A stretch of 64,000 nt of DNA from Burkholderia sp. (GCF_018375725.1 NZ_JAHACR010000001.1:8721-72720), one strand, 5' to 3'. Counted from the stretch's first letter, positions 16,031 to 24,482 are shown. Translations and numbers: made by a program. Notes: generated by a model not told the origin, from the sequence alone.

Positions 16031-16775
16031 GCACATGGTCCATTCTTCGCTTCTGAAGAGCGAGCCCCATATCGTGGTGATTGGTGCCGGCGGTAATGGC
16101 AGTGCGATGCTGGCTTCGCTTGCGACGCTCAATCATGCGATGCAGGAACTCGGTCACCCGGGTTTGCGCGTGACGGCCGTCGACGGCGACACTGTATCCC
16201 CTTCCAACGTTGGGCGGCAGGGGTTCTATCCGTGTGATGTGGGCCAGTTCAAAACCGATGTTCTGATCCAGCGGATCAACATGGGGTTTGGCACGCGATG
16301 GTCTTCCATGCCAACCATGTTCACCGGGAATGATTCCGGGGAGCTGGACGCTGACATGGTGATTTCCTGTGTGGATTCGCGCCGCGCAAGAAGTGTTATC
16401 GCCAAGTCCTTTCAGCAAGGGTACTACGTGGATCTGGGCAACAACGCGGCGACTGGGCAGGTGGTCATCGGGGAGTTCGGAGCGCGTCGTGGGAACGACT
16501 TTCGTCTGCCCCATGCCGTCGATCTCTTTCCTGAGATTGCCGATACCTCGCTTCCAGAGGACGATCAGCCATCGTGTTCGATGGCTGAAGCGCTCGAGCG
16601 GCAAAACCTGTTCATCAACCGGATGATCGCGGGTTGGGCGGCCGAGTTGCTATGGCAGATGTTTCGTAACGGCAAGTTGAACTTCCACGGCAATTTCGTC
16701 AATCTGGTCTCGGGGCGTGTTGCGCCGATCCCGGTCGACGAAGAGGTGTGGTCGAGGATGGGATACAAAGCCTGA
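16020..16775 (+). CDS. ThiF/MoeB/E1-like adenylyltransferase (PRTRC ThiF family)
   Basis: Rossmann loop VVIGAGGNGSAM and DGDTVSPSNVGRQ. GGAGG RBS. 11-nt overlap with the JAB gene. Confidence 0.85.
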   Translation: MQREHMVHSSLLKSEPHIVVIGAGGNGSAMLASLATLNHAMQELGHPGLRVTAVDGDTVSPSNVGRQGFYPCDVGQFKTDVLIQRINMGFGTRWSSMPTMFTGNDSGELDADMVISCVDSRRARSVIAKSFQQGYYVDLGNNAATGQVVIGEFGARRGNDFRLPHAVDLFPEIADTSLPEDDQPSCSMAEALERQNLFINRMIAGWAAELLWQMFRNGKLNFHGNFVNLVSGRVAPIPVDEEVWSRMGYKA

Positions 16776-16798
16776 CGAGAGAAGCATCACGCAGTTCC

Positions 16799-16842
16799 GA
16801 AGCCCCGGCCCTTCCATTACGGAAGAGCCGGGGCTTTTTTTT
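16799..16842 (+). terminator. rho-independent terminator of the PRTRC operon
   Basis: Stem AGCCCCGGC (16801-16809) / GCCGGGGCT (16827-16835) with inner stem CTTCC/GGAAG, followed by a T8 run. Confidence 0.75.
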
Positions 16843-17055
16843 GGTTCTTCGGGGATTTCCGGGGAGGCTGCATGTGGACAGGCTGTAGTTCGGTGCAGCC
16901 GAATAGCCGTCGATGAACAGGTGAGGATGAGCGGCGCCCTTTCGGGGCGACTGACTAACGGCAGCCCGAGTCGGTCGGCCACGCCGATCGCGATGCGGCC
17001 GGCGTGTCGGCGTGGTACCGTCGCCAAGTGAGAAACACACCGACGACCCACTCGA

Positions 17056-18087
17056 ATGGAAACACCAGAAGACGCAAAAGCCGCCGGCGAAAGGCTGAGA
17101 GAGATACTCCTCCACGTCGCTATGGCGTACGAGGATGCCGCCTCCATGCTTGATGCTGGATCCGCGCGGGAGAGGCTCGCCGCCCACGTCGAACAGACGA
17201 TCGAATTCGTGCGCGAGAAGATCCTGCCAACGTATAGCGGGAAAAAACTGCTGTTGTACGACGAGGGACGGGCGGTTCGCAGCTTCGATTTCGAGTGGAC
17301 GCGCCTATGGGAAAAGGCGATCACCCTTTATTTGAGAAGCGCCGGGAGACTTTCCGGGCCTGACGTCGAAACGTATCTCTCAGATCCGGCACATGCGAGC
17401 ATCTTGAAGGAATTGCAGAACGACTTGCGAGCGCAAATCGAGACCTTCACAGTTCCGCTGCTGGAGGACTTCGAGACACCCGGCGACGACTTTCTCCTTT
17501 ATACCTATACGCGGATGGTCGCTACCGACGAGAAGACCACGATTGACGATATCGCCGGTGCGGGATTGACGCCCCCTGAACGAATCGAAGCATTTTTCGG
17601 GATGTTCGGGCTTCTCATCGAGGCCACGCGCGCCAAACAGCAAGGCGCCATGGACCGCGCTTACTCATTCCTCCTTGATGCCAGTCACATGATTGGCATG
17701 CATGAGAGCGCGCGGTATGTAATGAAGTTCTCGCCGGAAGTAGCGAAAAAACGTCGGGCGCAGCTCAATTCCGAGAAAAGTCGGGAACAAGTCAAGAAGG
17801 CCAAGCTCCGCGTGTGCGAACTGTTCAATGAGCTTCGCCCGACCAGCGCAGACGGCAAGCCTCAACGCTGGAAGAAGGCGAATGACGCGGCCCACGCGGT
17901 ATGGGGCGCGCTTGAAAAAGAGGCCTACGCCGATGGCGGGCGAGCCCCGGACATCAGTGACCGCACCGTCCTGTCGCTGTGCCAGAAGCTGCACAAACGT
18001 GACAAGAACGGTGGGGTGTTTCATATCCGGGTCGAAGTAGTAGAGCGGTTGCCGGACGGTACGGAGGGCAAAGTGGTGAGCGATTAG
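17056..18087 (+). CDS. hypothetical protein (343 aa)
   Basis: Long ORF with ordinary amino-acid composition; no motif recognised. Confidence 0.6.
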   Translation: METPEDAKAAGERLREILLHVAMAYEDAASMLDAGSARERLAAHVEQTIEFVREKILPTYSGKKLLLYDEGRAVRSFDFEWTRLWEKAITLYLRSAGRLSGPDVETYLSDPAHASILKELQNDLRAQIETFTVPLLEDFETPGDDFLLYTYTRMVATDEKTTIDDIAGAGLTPPERIEAFFGMFGLLIEATRAKQQGAMDRAYSFLLDASHMIGMHESARYVMKFSPEVAKKRRAQLNSEKSREQVKKAKLRVCELFNELRPTSADGKPQRWKKANDAAHAVWGALEKEAYADGGRAPDISDRTVLSLCQKLHKRDKNGGVFHIRVEVVERLPDGTEGKVVSD

Positions 18088-18437
18088 TCGCTCTCGCCAC
18101 CGCAAGGCACGTCCGAGATATCGAGGTACCAGTTGCCCACGGTGACGCCGCCGACCTGCCTGTCCGGCTCGTACTGCGCCGGGTTCAAGGTGGCATGGAA
18201 GCCGTGGCGCGTCATCGTGTTGAGGGCGCGGCGATCGGGTTCGCCGTCCGCCGTGCGAGCGTACTCGTAAACGACGGCCGCGGCGTGGCGAACCAGCTGC
18301 GCGTGCTCCGCGGACAGATACGGCAAGACGCTGTCGCCGTTGATCGGGTCGCCCTCATTGTCGGTGTAGGGGCGCGGGATATGGGCGAGCGGGGCGAGGG
18401 CGTCAATGACGTCTCGAATGGTAGGGCGGTCAAACAT
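18084..18437 (-). CDS. hypothetical protein (117 aa)
   Basis: GGGAG RBS precedes ATG 18437. Convergent with the upstream gene, with a 4-nt stop overlap. Confidence 0.55.
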   Translation of the reverse strand: MFDRPTIRDVIDALAPLAHIPRPYTDNEGDPINGDSVLPYLSAEHAQLVRHAAAVVYEYARTADGEPDRRALNTMTRHGFHATLNPAQYEPDRQVGGVTVGNWYLDISDVPCGGESD

Positions 18438-18684
18438 GACTGGCTCCCGTGTTGGGTTGAGGGTTGAACACGGAAGAGATAATGTCGACCCCGGGCCCAA
18501 ATTGCGATCGGTTTGCTAGCAGAATGACTTTTTGGCTGCTGCGTCGGGCAACTTGCTGCCTCACCAATGAGGCGCCGAGCGCGTTTCGCGCATGGGCTCC
18601 TGCCGCGTGCACTCGATCTCCGAAGTGGTAGCGAGGTTGTTTCGTCGAACGTATACTCGCGAGCTTGGGAGGAAGAGGTCAAAT

Positions 18685-19122
18685 ATGCGGCGCATTGCAG
18701 TATGTCAGTCGAGCGTTCATGGACGCGGGGTATTCGCCCTGCGTGATATCCCGTCAGGCGAACGGATCATCGAATACAAGGGGCGGGTCATGTCGTGGCG
18801 GTCCGCGATCGCGGGACACCAGAAGCTGGCGTGCGAGGATGGTCACACGTTCTTTTTCGGGCTGACCGATGGCCGGGTCATCGATGGCGGCGCGGGCGGC
18901 AACAGCGCCCGATGGATCAATCATGCCTGCACGCCGAATTGCATCGCCGAGGAAGATGAGGGCCGCGTGTTCATCTTCGCGAGCCATGCGATCCGAGCTG
19001 GCGACGAGATATCGATCGACTATCAGTTGAGCGTCGACGGCCGGCATACAGCCGCGGTACGGGCCACCTATGCCTGCCGCTGCCAGTCCCTGCAATGCCG
19101 CGGGACCATGCTGGCGCGATAG
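18685..19122 (+). CDS. SET-domain protein (putative protein lysine methyltransferase)
   Basis: GGAAGAGG RBS. HGRGVFALRDIPSGERIIEY, NSARWINHACTPNC (NHxCxPN), GDEISIDY (ELxxDY-like) and a post-SET Cys cluster CRCQSLQCRG. Confidence 0.85.
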   Translation: MRRIAVCQSSVHGRGVFALRDIPSGERIIEYKGRVMSWRSAIAGHQKLACEDGHTFFFGLTDGRVIDGGAGGNSARWINHACTPNCIAEEDEGRVFIFASHAIRAGDEISIDYQLSVDGRHTAAVRATYACRCQSLQCRGTMLAR

Positions 19123-19128
19123 AGCCGC

Positions 19129-20448
19129 TCAGGCCGCCGTCCGCTCGATGCGGGGAGGAAGTGCCGGCATCTCGCGTGTCCTGGTCAGATCCCATTCCCA
19201 AATTTCGACGCCATTCTGCCGGTAGATGTGCTGCTTTTCACGCTTGCGGACGTCGTATTCCTCGCGACCCTCCACGCCGTACACTTCCATGTAGCAGCGA
19301 CGCGATGCCGTGTCGTAAAGGATGAAGTCGGCCAAAACCTTCCCGTCCAGCGAGTCGGTGCCGGTCTCGATCTTGACCGGCTTGGAGAAATCGCGGTTCG
19401 CCATCACGAGCGCATCGGCAACGACTTCCTCATAGGACGAGTCGACCGGAATGAAGCGGCTCGACACGCGCATCAATCCAGCATCGAGTAGCTGGAGATG
19501 ACCGCGTGGCGTGCCCTCGACGTGGAATATGCCGATCACATGGCCGTGCTCCGCGTTCAGTGTGTTGAGCACCCGGCCGAACCTGCGCTGCAGACGCTGC
19601 ATGAGGGACGCCTTGCAGTAGACGGGTTGGGCGATGTGGCCAAGCTGAATCTGGTAACTGTCGAACTGTGACTCTTTCACGCCGCGTAGTGGGGCGATGA
19701 TGAACAGCGTCTCGCGCACTGCTGACGCAGCTTTTCCCGCGGCAATCCGGTTCTGAGCGTCGATAAACTGACGCGCGCTCGTGAAGAGTGGCTCCTGACG
19801 CGCGGTGAACTCGGCCTTGTTCCTGTCGGCGGCTGCCGGCGTGTAACGAGGCGGGATGTAGAGCACGTCGGCGAGAGGTCGCTTTCCGATCTGGCCGTCC
19901 TCAACCTTGACCATGAGCTCGTACCGGACACGGCCCCAATCGCGGTTCCATCCCGCTCTCCAGCGGTGCAGCCCGGTCTCGTTCCAGAGATACTGCAGCA
20001 TGGCGAGCAGCGTAGCGCCGCGCGTCGATTCAGATGGACGGGGCGATGCTTCGATCGCGTCCTTCTTTCGGACAACGGTGTCGACCTTCAGGGACACGGA
20101 AAACTGCGGCGTGATCCGGAATGTCCCGTCAGCGCCTTCCTCGAAGCACGACTTGCTCTCGGATGATTTACCGGACTCGTCCTCCGGCTCCTTGAAGAAC
20201 GGACAGTCAATATCGTGCGCCTCTCCGCCTTCTGGCCAGCCGGCGAGGAAGAATGCAGCCGCGGTGCCGGCGTGGGACTTCCGGCGGATGACAAGTCGCT
20301 GGGGAGTGGAGGAATTGCAGAGACACCAGGCGTGGCCGGGTTCGACCCGCGCCTGCTCAAAATCGCGGGAATAGGACGCGGGTGCCTCGCGCACAGCCGA
20401 AAGTCGGACGCGCCGCGAGGCAATGCGAACATCGGGATCTAAGGACAT
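19129..20448 (-). CDS. hypothetical protein (439 aa), possibly DUF1173-like
   Basis: N-terminal Cys/His cluster (GHAWCLCNSS ... HDIDCPFF). The C-terminus ADFILYD..CYMEVYG..EEYDVRKREKQ is loosely reminiscent of a PD-(D/E)xK fold. The family call comes from memory only. Confidence 0.7.
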   Translation of the reverse strand: MSLDPDVRIASRRVRLSAVREAPASYSRDFEQARVEPGHAWCLCNSSTPQRLVIRRKSHAGTAAAFFLAGWPEGGEAHDIDCPFFKEPEDESGKSSESKSCFEEGADGTFRITPQFSVSLKVDTVVRKKDAIEASPRPSESTRGATLLAMLQYLWNETGLHRWRAGWNRDWGRVRYELMVKVEDGQIGKRPLADVLYIPPRYTPAAADRNKAEFTARQEPLFTSARQFIDAQNRIAAGKAASAVRETLFIIAPLRGVKESQFDSYQIQLGHIAQPVYCKASLMQRLQRRFGRVLNTLNAEHGHVIGIFHVEGTPRGHLQLLDAGLMRVSSRFIPVDSSYEEVVADALVMANRDFSKPVKIETGTDSLDGKVLADFILYDTASRRCYMEVYGVEGREEYDVRKREKQHIYRQNGVEIWEWDLTRTREMPALPPRIERTAA

Positions 20449-20536
20449 ACCTCCTCCTGCCAGCCTAGAAGGCTGTTAGCCAGTCATACCGGACGTGCAC
20501 TGGCAGGCAGAGAGGACGCGCGAAGCGCCCAATCGG

Positions 20537-20887
20537 TCAAGCCAGAGGCACGTGTGCGTTGGGATCGTATTCGCGAGCGAAATAGTTCTCGATATCCTGA
20601 ACCGGCGTGCCGTACGGGAACGTCCGGGTGATGAAGCGCATGTCATCTTCGAAGGCGAGGCAATACGCGCCTTCGGCCAAAATGGTGGTCGAGTTTTCGT
20701 TCAGGCTGAACGTCAGGTCGATCGCATACACAATGCGACCCTGCGAGCGGACGTGCTTGATGAGGCCGATGGCGGTCGAGTTTTCGCGCAGAACGCTGAA
20801 GCCCCGTGCCTTAAACGGCGCGCAGTGATCGACGTCGCGCTGTGGCTGAGCCAGGTGCTGACCCGGCAGTGCCCCCAGAGCCGGCAC
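20537..20887 (-). CDS. hypothetical ORF with unclear start (possible frameshifted extension of upstream gene)
   Basis: Protein-like composition from about 20830 downward, but no ATG or RBS. The only in-frame start is GTG at 20887, which overlaps the upstream gene's low-complexity tail. Confidence 0.3.
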   Translation of the reverse strand: MPALGALPGQHLAQPQRDVDHCAPFKARGFSVLRENSTAIGLIKHVRSQGRIVYAIDLTFSLNENSTTILAEGAYCLAFEDDMRFITRTFPYGTPVQDIENYFAREYDPNAHVPLA

Positions 20888-21698
20888 CGGTTGCGGTCGA
20901 ATTGACGCCTGACCGTTGCGCAGAGTATTGAGAGACTCGGATCGTGCAGCCTTGAGAGCGGGCAAGTTCGACGGTTTCTTCGTCGGGAGCTGTGCCTTCG
21001 CGAGTGAAGATGACGACGTGAGTGCTTTTCTTGATGAGTTGCAGTACAGCATCTTGGTCCAGTCCTTTATTCGAGTTCGTTCCTACGTAATGCACTGGGA
21101 ACAGCTTTTCAGCTGCCCAACGATGGACCCCCGAGTCCATCTTTCGACCCGCAAACGCAACGTACTGACAATCCTGGCGGTTGCCGATCAAGCGCTCAAG
21201 CGTAGCTTGAACGTGTGCAGACGGCGCCGCCTCAGAACCAAGTGCTAGCAATCTGAATGGTTCGTCAATTTCGCGTCGTACAGCTACCAACTCATTTTTG
21301 ACGAACGCGTCAGGAATTCCCCAATTCCGGCATGCGTTCGTCAAGCCAAACGGCTCGACCAGTTCGCGCAGAAGATCTGGATGTCCATCGAGAGCGTAAA
21401 GCAATGCACTGCGAAAGACCCGGCCACGCACCTGCTTCCAGTCGCTGCGCCATGTATCGGGCAAGCGCTTGAGCATCTTCCGCAGCTCGCGGATGGTGGG
21501 CACCGCCAGAATTTCCTGTCGAACTTGTTCGTCGACGCCCCGCCACTTCTCGCTCTCCCAATAGTGAAAGATCGAGCGATACCCCTCGCGACAGTTAGAG
21601 GTGGTATCGAGCAAGCCCATGAAGAAAAGCTCTGACGTAATCATGGAGTCGATTGTGTCAGGCACCGGACTTCGGAGAAACGTCGAAATGATGGCCAT
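20811..21698 (-). CDS. putative NADAR-like / SLOG (DUF2493-like) two-domain protein
   Basis: N-terminal half: FHYWESEKW...TIRELRKMLKRLPDTWRSDWKQVRGRVFRSALLYAL..HPDLLRELVEP fits the NADAR pattern. C-terminal half: LLALGS..YVAFAGRKMDSGVHRWAAEK..HVVIFTREG..ARSQGCTIRV fits the SLOG/YpsA-like pattern. The last 40 aa are Gly/Ser/Ala-rich low complexity. Confidence 0.65.
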   Translation of the reverse strand: MAIISTFLRSPVPDTIDSMITSELFFMGLLDTTSNCREGYRSIFHYWESEKWRGVDEQVRQEILAVPTIRELRKMLKRLPDTWRSDWKQVRGRVFRSALLYALDGHPDLLRELVEPFGLTNACRNWGIPDAFVKNELVAVRREIDEPFRLLALGSEAAPSAHVQATLERLIGNRQDCQYVAFAGRKMDSGVHRWAAEKLFPVHYVGTNSNKGLDQDAVLQLIKKSTHVVIFTREGTAPDEETVELARSQGCTIRVSQYSAQRSGVNSTATGAGSGGTAGSAPGSATARRRSLRAV

Positions 21699-22473
21699 GT
21701 GGGGGGGTATTCCCGCGACCTTACCCTCGACCCTTTGAGTCGGCGGTTCATCTGAATGATGCCTATGCCCTACAGGGAGTTAACGGCAGGCTCTTCAATT
21801 TCTTGATGAAAAAAACAATCAGTCGCAACGATTCTTTGAGGGTAGCGCTGTGCGAAGCAGGTTCCTGCCAGGAATTGAATCTCCGGATGCGGTTGCATAC
21901 CCAACAATCGAGGAAAAACGAGGGATTTGCTCGTGTTTCCCGTGCTCTTCGATGAATAAAGTTCTCGTTAGGAAATTGAAAGAGTGGGTTTCAGGTAACT
22001 GTTTCCTGTTGCACCTGCCAAGCGCTTCCCAGTGGTTCACGAGGTTGGCGATGATGACGCCCTTCGCGCTGTTGAAGGCACAGATGGCGCGAGGGATGGA
22101 CCGGTTGATGACGCTTTTACTCCGGCCCAACCTACGAATCGCCCACCTTTGCGAACAAGGCCATCAAGGGTGTATGGAGGGCGATCTTTAGAGTGGTTCG
22201 GCGGCTGCGGAGGCGGAGAGAACCTCCAATCCGATTCGTTGACGATAGTTGGCACCGTGCGGTATCCTTCTGCCATCTCAAGTGGTATTTCCACTTTGAT
22301 ACTAGCTAGGGTTGCTAGCCGAAACCGTGGTAGTTCTGCGGTTGACCTGAATATCTTGCCGGGGCGCGTGTCGTATGTGGTTGTAACCTCAACGGCTCTG
22401 CGTTCTACTCACCCAAGCGGGGAAGTCATTCCCCGCGCAGGGACTGGTTTCTTCGCGTCTATCTGGAGAAACC

Positions 22474-23058
22474 ATGTCATCCTCCCAGCGTCCTTCGCTC
22501 ACCAAGTTCAAGCCGCTGTGCCCCCGTACCGGGCGCGTCAATCGTACCGATATCCAGTCGATGATCGACGAGCTGTCCGGTTGGTTGGCGCTTTATCCGA
22601 AGCGTGCCGACTACGTGTGGCATCCTGGCGTCCCTCAGACCCGGAAAAGTCTGGCGCGAGCCAAGCGACGCTTGCGTCATCTCAAGCGTGCGTTTAAGAC
22701 CGCCCCGTTCGAAATCAATCAACGTGGCAATCGCGTGGACCGTGCGTTCCGCCAAACCGGTAGCTACGAGCTGGCGAGCGCGCTTTCCGCACTGGGGTTT
22801 CAGCAATACCCGACGGATCAGGACGCCGCGTGGTTTGGCGTCTGGATCAACCTCTCGGACCGCAAGGTTTTCACGTTCGCTGAGGGCGACTGCATCACGG
22901 TCACGTGCGCGACCCATTCGAGTTTCGTTGCGGAACTCGAGTATCTGAAGTCGTGCTACGGCCCGCCGAAAGCGTTCATGTGGACACTGGATCACGACGG
23001 CACCGTTAAGCGATACGTCGAAGCGATGCCGGCGGTCGAACTGCTCGAAGCGGCTTGA
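22474..23058 (+). CDS. hypothetical protein (194 aa)
   Basis: ORF with normal composition after a 775-bp gap; no motif recognised. Confidence 0.65.
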   Translation: MSSSQRPSLTKFKPLCPRTGRVNRTDIQSMIDELSGWLALYPKRADYVWHPGVPQTRKSLARAKRRLRHLKRAFKTAPFEINQRGNRVDRAFRQTGSYELASALSALGFQQYPTDQDAAWFGVWINLSDRKVFTFAEGDCITVTCATHSSFVAELEYLKSCYGPPKAFMWTLDHDGTVKRYVEAMPAVELLEAA

Positions 23059-23309
23059 TGCCCTGTTGTAGTCACCTGTTGCTCAGAAACTGAGTTTTTG
23101 TGATGCGAACCCGATCGGGTTCGCCAATGATCTTTCCTCAAGGACCATTGGCGAACCGGATCTACTGGCCTAAGCCGGTATCTGGGGCCTCATTTTTGGA
23201 CGCTCTGTCCGAAATGCGAGCTGACGCTTTCAGAAAATCCCCACGGGAGATCCATTTCCCGTGCGGGGAGTGGGTCTGCCTGTGGAGTCATCACAGGAGG
23301 ATCAATTTC

Positions 23310-23582
23310 ATGCTGTTTCAAGACGTCCATAGCGCGGCTAAGCGTGCGGATGACGAAGGGGAGACCCTCGTTATGGGCTTCAAGTTCGGTAAGGTGATCG
23401 GAGATCAGGGCATCGTTAAGCCGGAAGGCGACTTCCTGCGATTCCACTATGTGGAAGACCTGGAGGCAAGCCTCCAAAGCTCGATCTTGCTCGATGAGGG
23501 CAAGTTCACGAGCGGCGGTTTCGCGAAAATGGTCCCGACGTCTCCGTTTGCTGGCTACTTCAAGGAGGCTCAATGCCTGTAG
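23310..23582 (+). CDS. hypothetical protein (90 aa)
   Basis: AGGAGG RBS precedes ATG 23310 (the ORF track opens at 23100). Confidence 0.6.
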   Translation: MLFQDVHSAAKRADDEGETLVMGFKFGKVIGDQGIVKPEGDFLRFHYVEDLEASLQSSILLDEGKFTSGGFAKMVPTSPFAGYFKEAQCL

Positions 23583-24025
23583 CTCAAGCAGTTGTTAAAC
23601 CCAGGACGAAGCTGTCCGGCTACAAAGCCGAACTGCAACGTCGTGATCCCGCGGTACGGAGAGACTTCTTTCCGGCGACGACCGTGGCGATGAGCGTGCC
23701 GAACTACGACCCCGATCCGTACTACGCGACGATCAGCAAGGACTTCGGCAAGCAGTACGAGAAGGTGCATCGCAAGATCGAACGGGAAGCTCGTGCCGCA
23801 GCCCGCGCTGAGAAGGCTGCGGTGAAGGCGCTGGAACTGGCGAAGGCGCAAGCGAAAGCCAACGGCCAAGCGATGCCGGAGGTTCGCTCGCAAGAACCTG
23901 CTCCGGAGCGTCAGACCGCTGAAATCCATGCATTCATCGCGCCGGAGGAATGCGCCTTTGCCGCTCCGTGGGAGGACGTTCCACCCCTCTCGGAAGAAGA
24001 AGCTCGTCGTTTCGCTGCACGATGA
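23573..24025 (+). CDS. hypothetical protein (150 aa)
   Basis: AAGGAGG RBS. 10-nt overlap with the upstream gene. Lys/Ala-rich central helix. Confidence 0.6.
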   Translation: MPVAQAVVKPRTKLSGYKAELQRRDPAVRRDFFPATTVAMSVPNYDPDPYYATISKDFGKQYEKVHRKIEREARAAARAEKAAVKALELAKAQAKANGQAMPEVRSQEPAPERQTAEIHAFIAPEECAFAAPWEDVPPLSEEEARRFAAR

Positions 24026-24312
24026 GCGCCGCTCCGATGTCTCATTGGGGCGGCCGCATCAAGCAAGGTATCGCGACACTAAAGGCTCGACCTCTCCTGC
24101 TCGTTGAGTGGGGCGCGGCGATCTCCGGTGTAGTGGGATCGGAAGTGTTGGCACAGAAGACGGATTACTCGCCGTACGGCTGGTTGATCTGGATTCTGTC
24201 CAATGTTCTCTGGATCACGTTCGCGATCAAGCGGCGGGCCTTCGGCCTGTTGGCGATGCAGGTTTTCTACACCGGCATCTGTATTCAAGGTGCCATGAAC
24301 TGGCTGCATTGA
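24022..24312 (+). CDS. small three-TM membrane protein (96 aa)
   Basis: ATGA coupling at 24022-24025. Three hydrophobic helices. Confidence 0.55.
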   Translation: MSAAPMSHWGGRIKQGIATLKARPLLLVEWGAAISGVVGSEVLAQKTDYSPYGWLIWILSNVLWITFAIKRRAFGLLAMQVFYTGICIQGAMNWLH

Positions 24313-24380
24313 TAGCTTTAACCCTTGCGGGGACCTGCTCCTCGCAAAGGGGCAGGTCTTCGCACTCCCTGGAGGTGTGT

Positions 24381-24482
24381 ATGGATCTGAATCTGGTTTG
24401 GGGTTGGCTGACGGCGTTCGGTTTCCCCATCGTTCTCGCGATCGCATCGGTATGCGAGGGCATGATGAAACCCAAGCTGTAA
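24381..24482 (+). CDS. 33-aa hydrophobic peptide
   Basis: GGAGG RBS 5 nt upstream. Single TM (WGWLTAFGFPIVLAIASV). Confidence 0.4.
   Translation: MDLNLVWGWLTAFGFPIVLAIASVCEGMMKPKL

Noticed and set aside
15110-16132. 340-aa minus-strand ORF across PRTRC B/A genes
   Set aside because: It is antisense to genes with JAMM and E2-like motifs, and has no motif or RBS of its own.
21819-22130. 103-aa minus-strand ORF in the low-GC gap
   Set aside because: It is TTG-initiated with no RBS and no motif. It is kept only as part of the non-coding-region finding.
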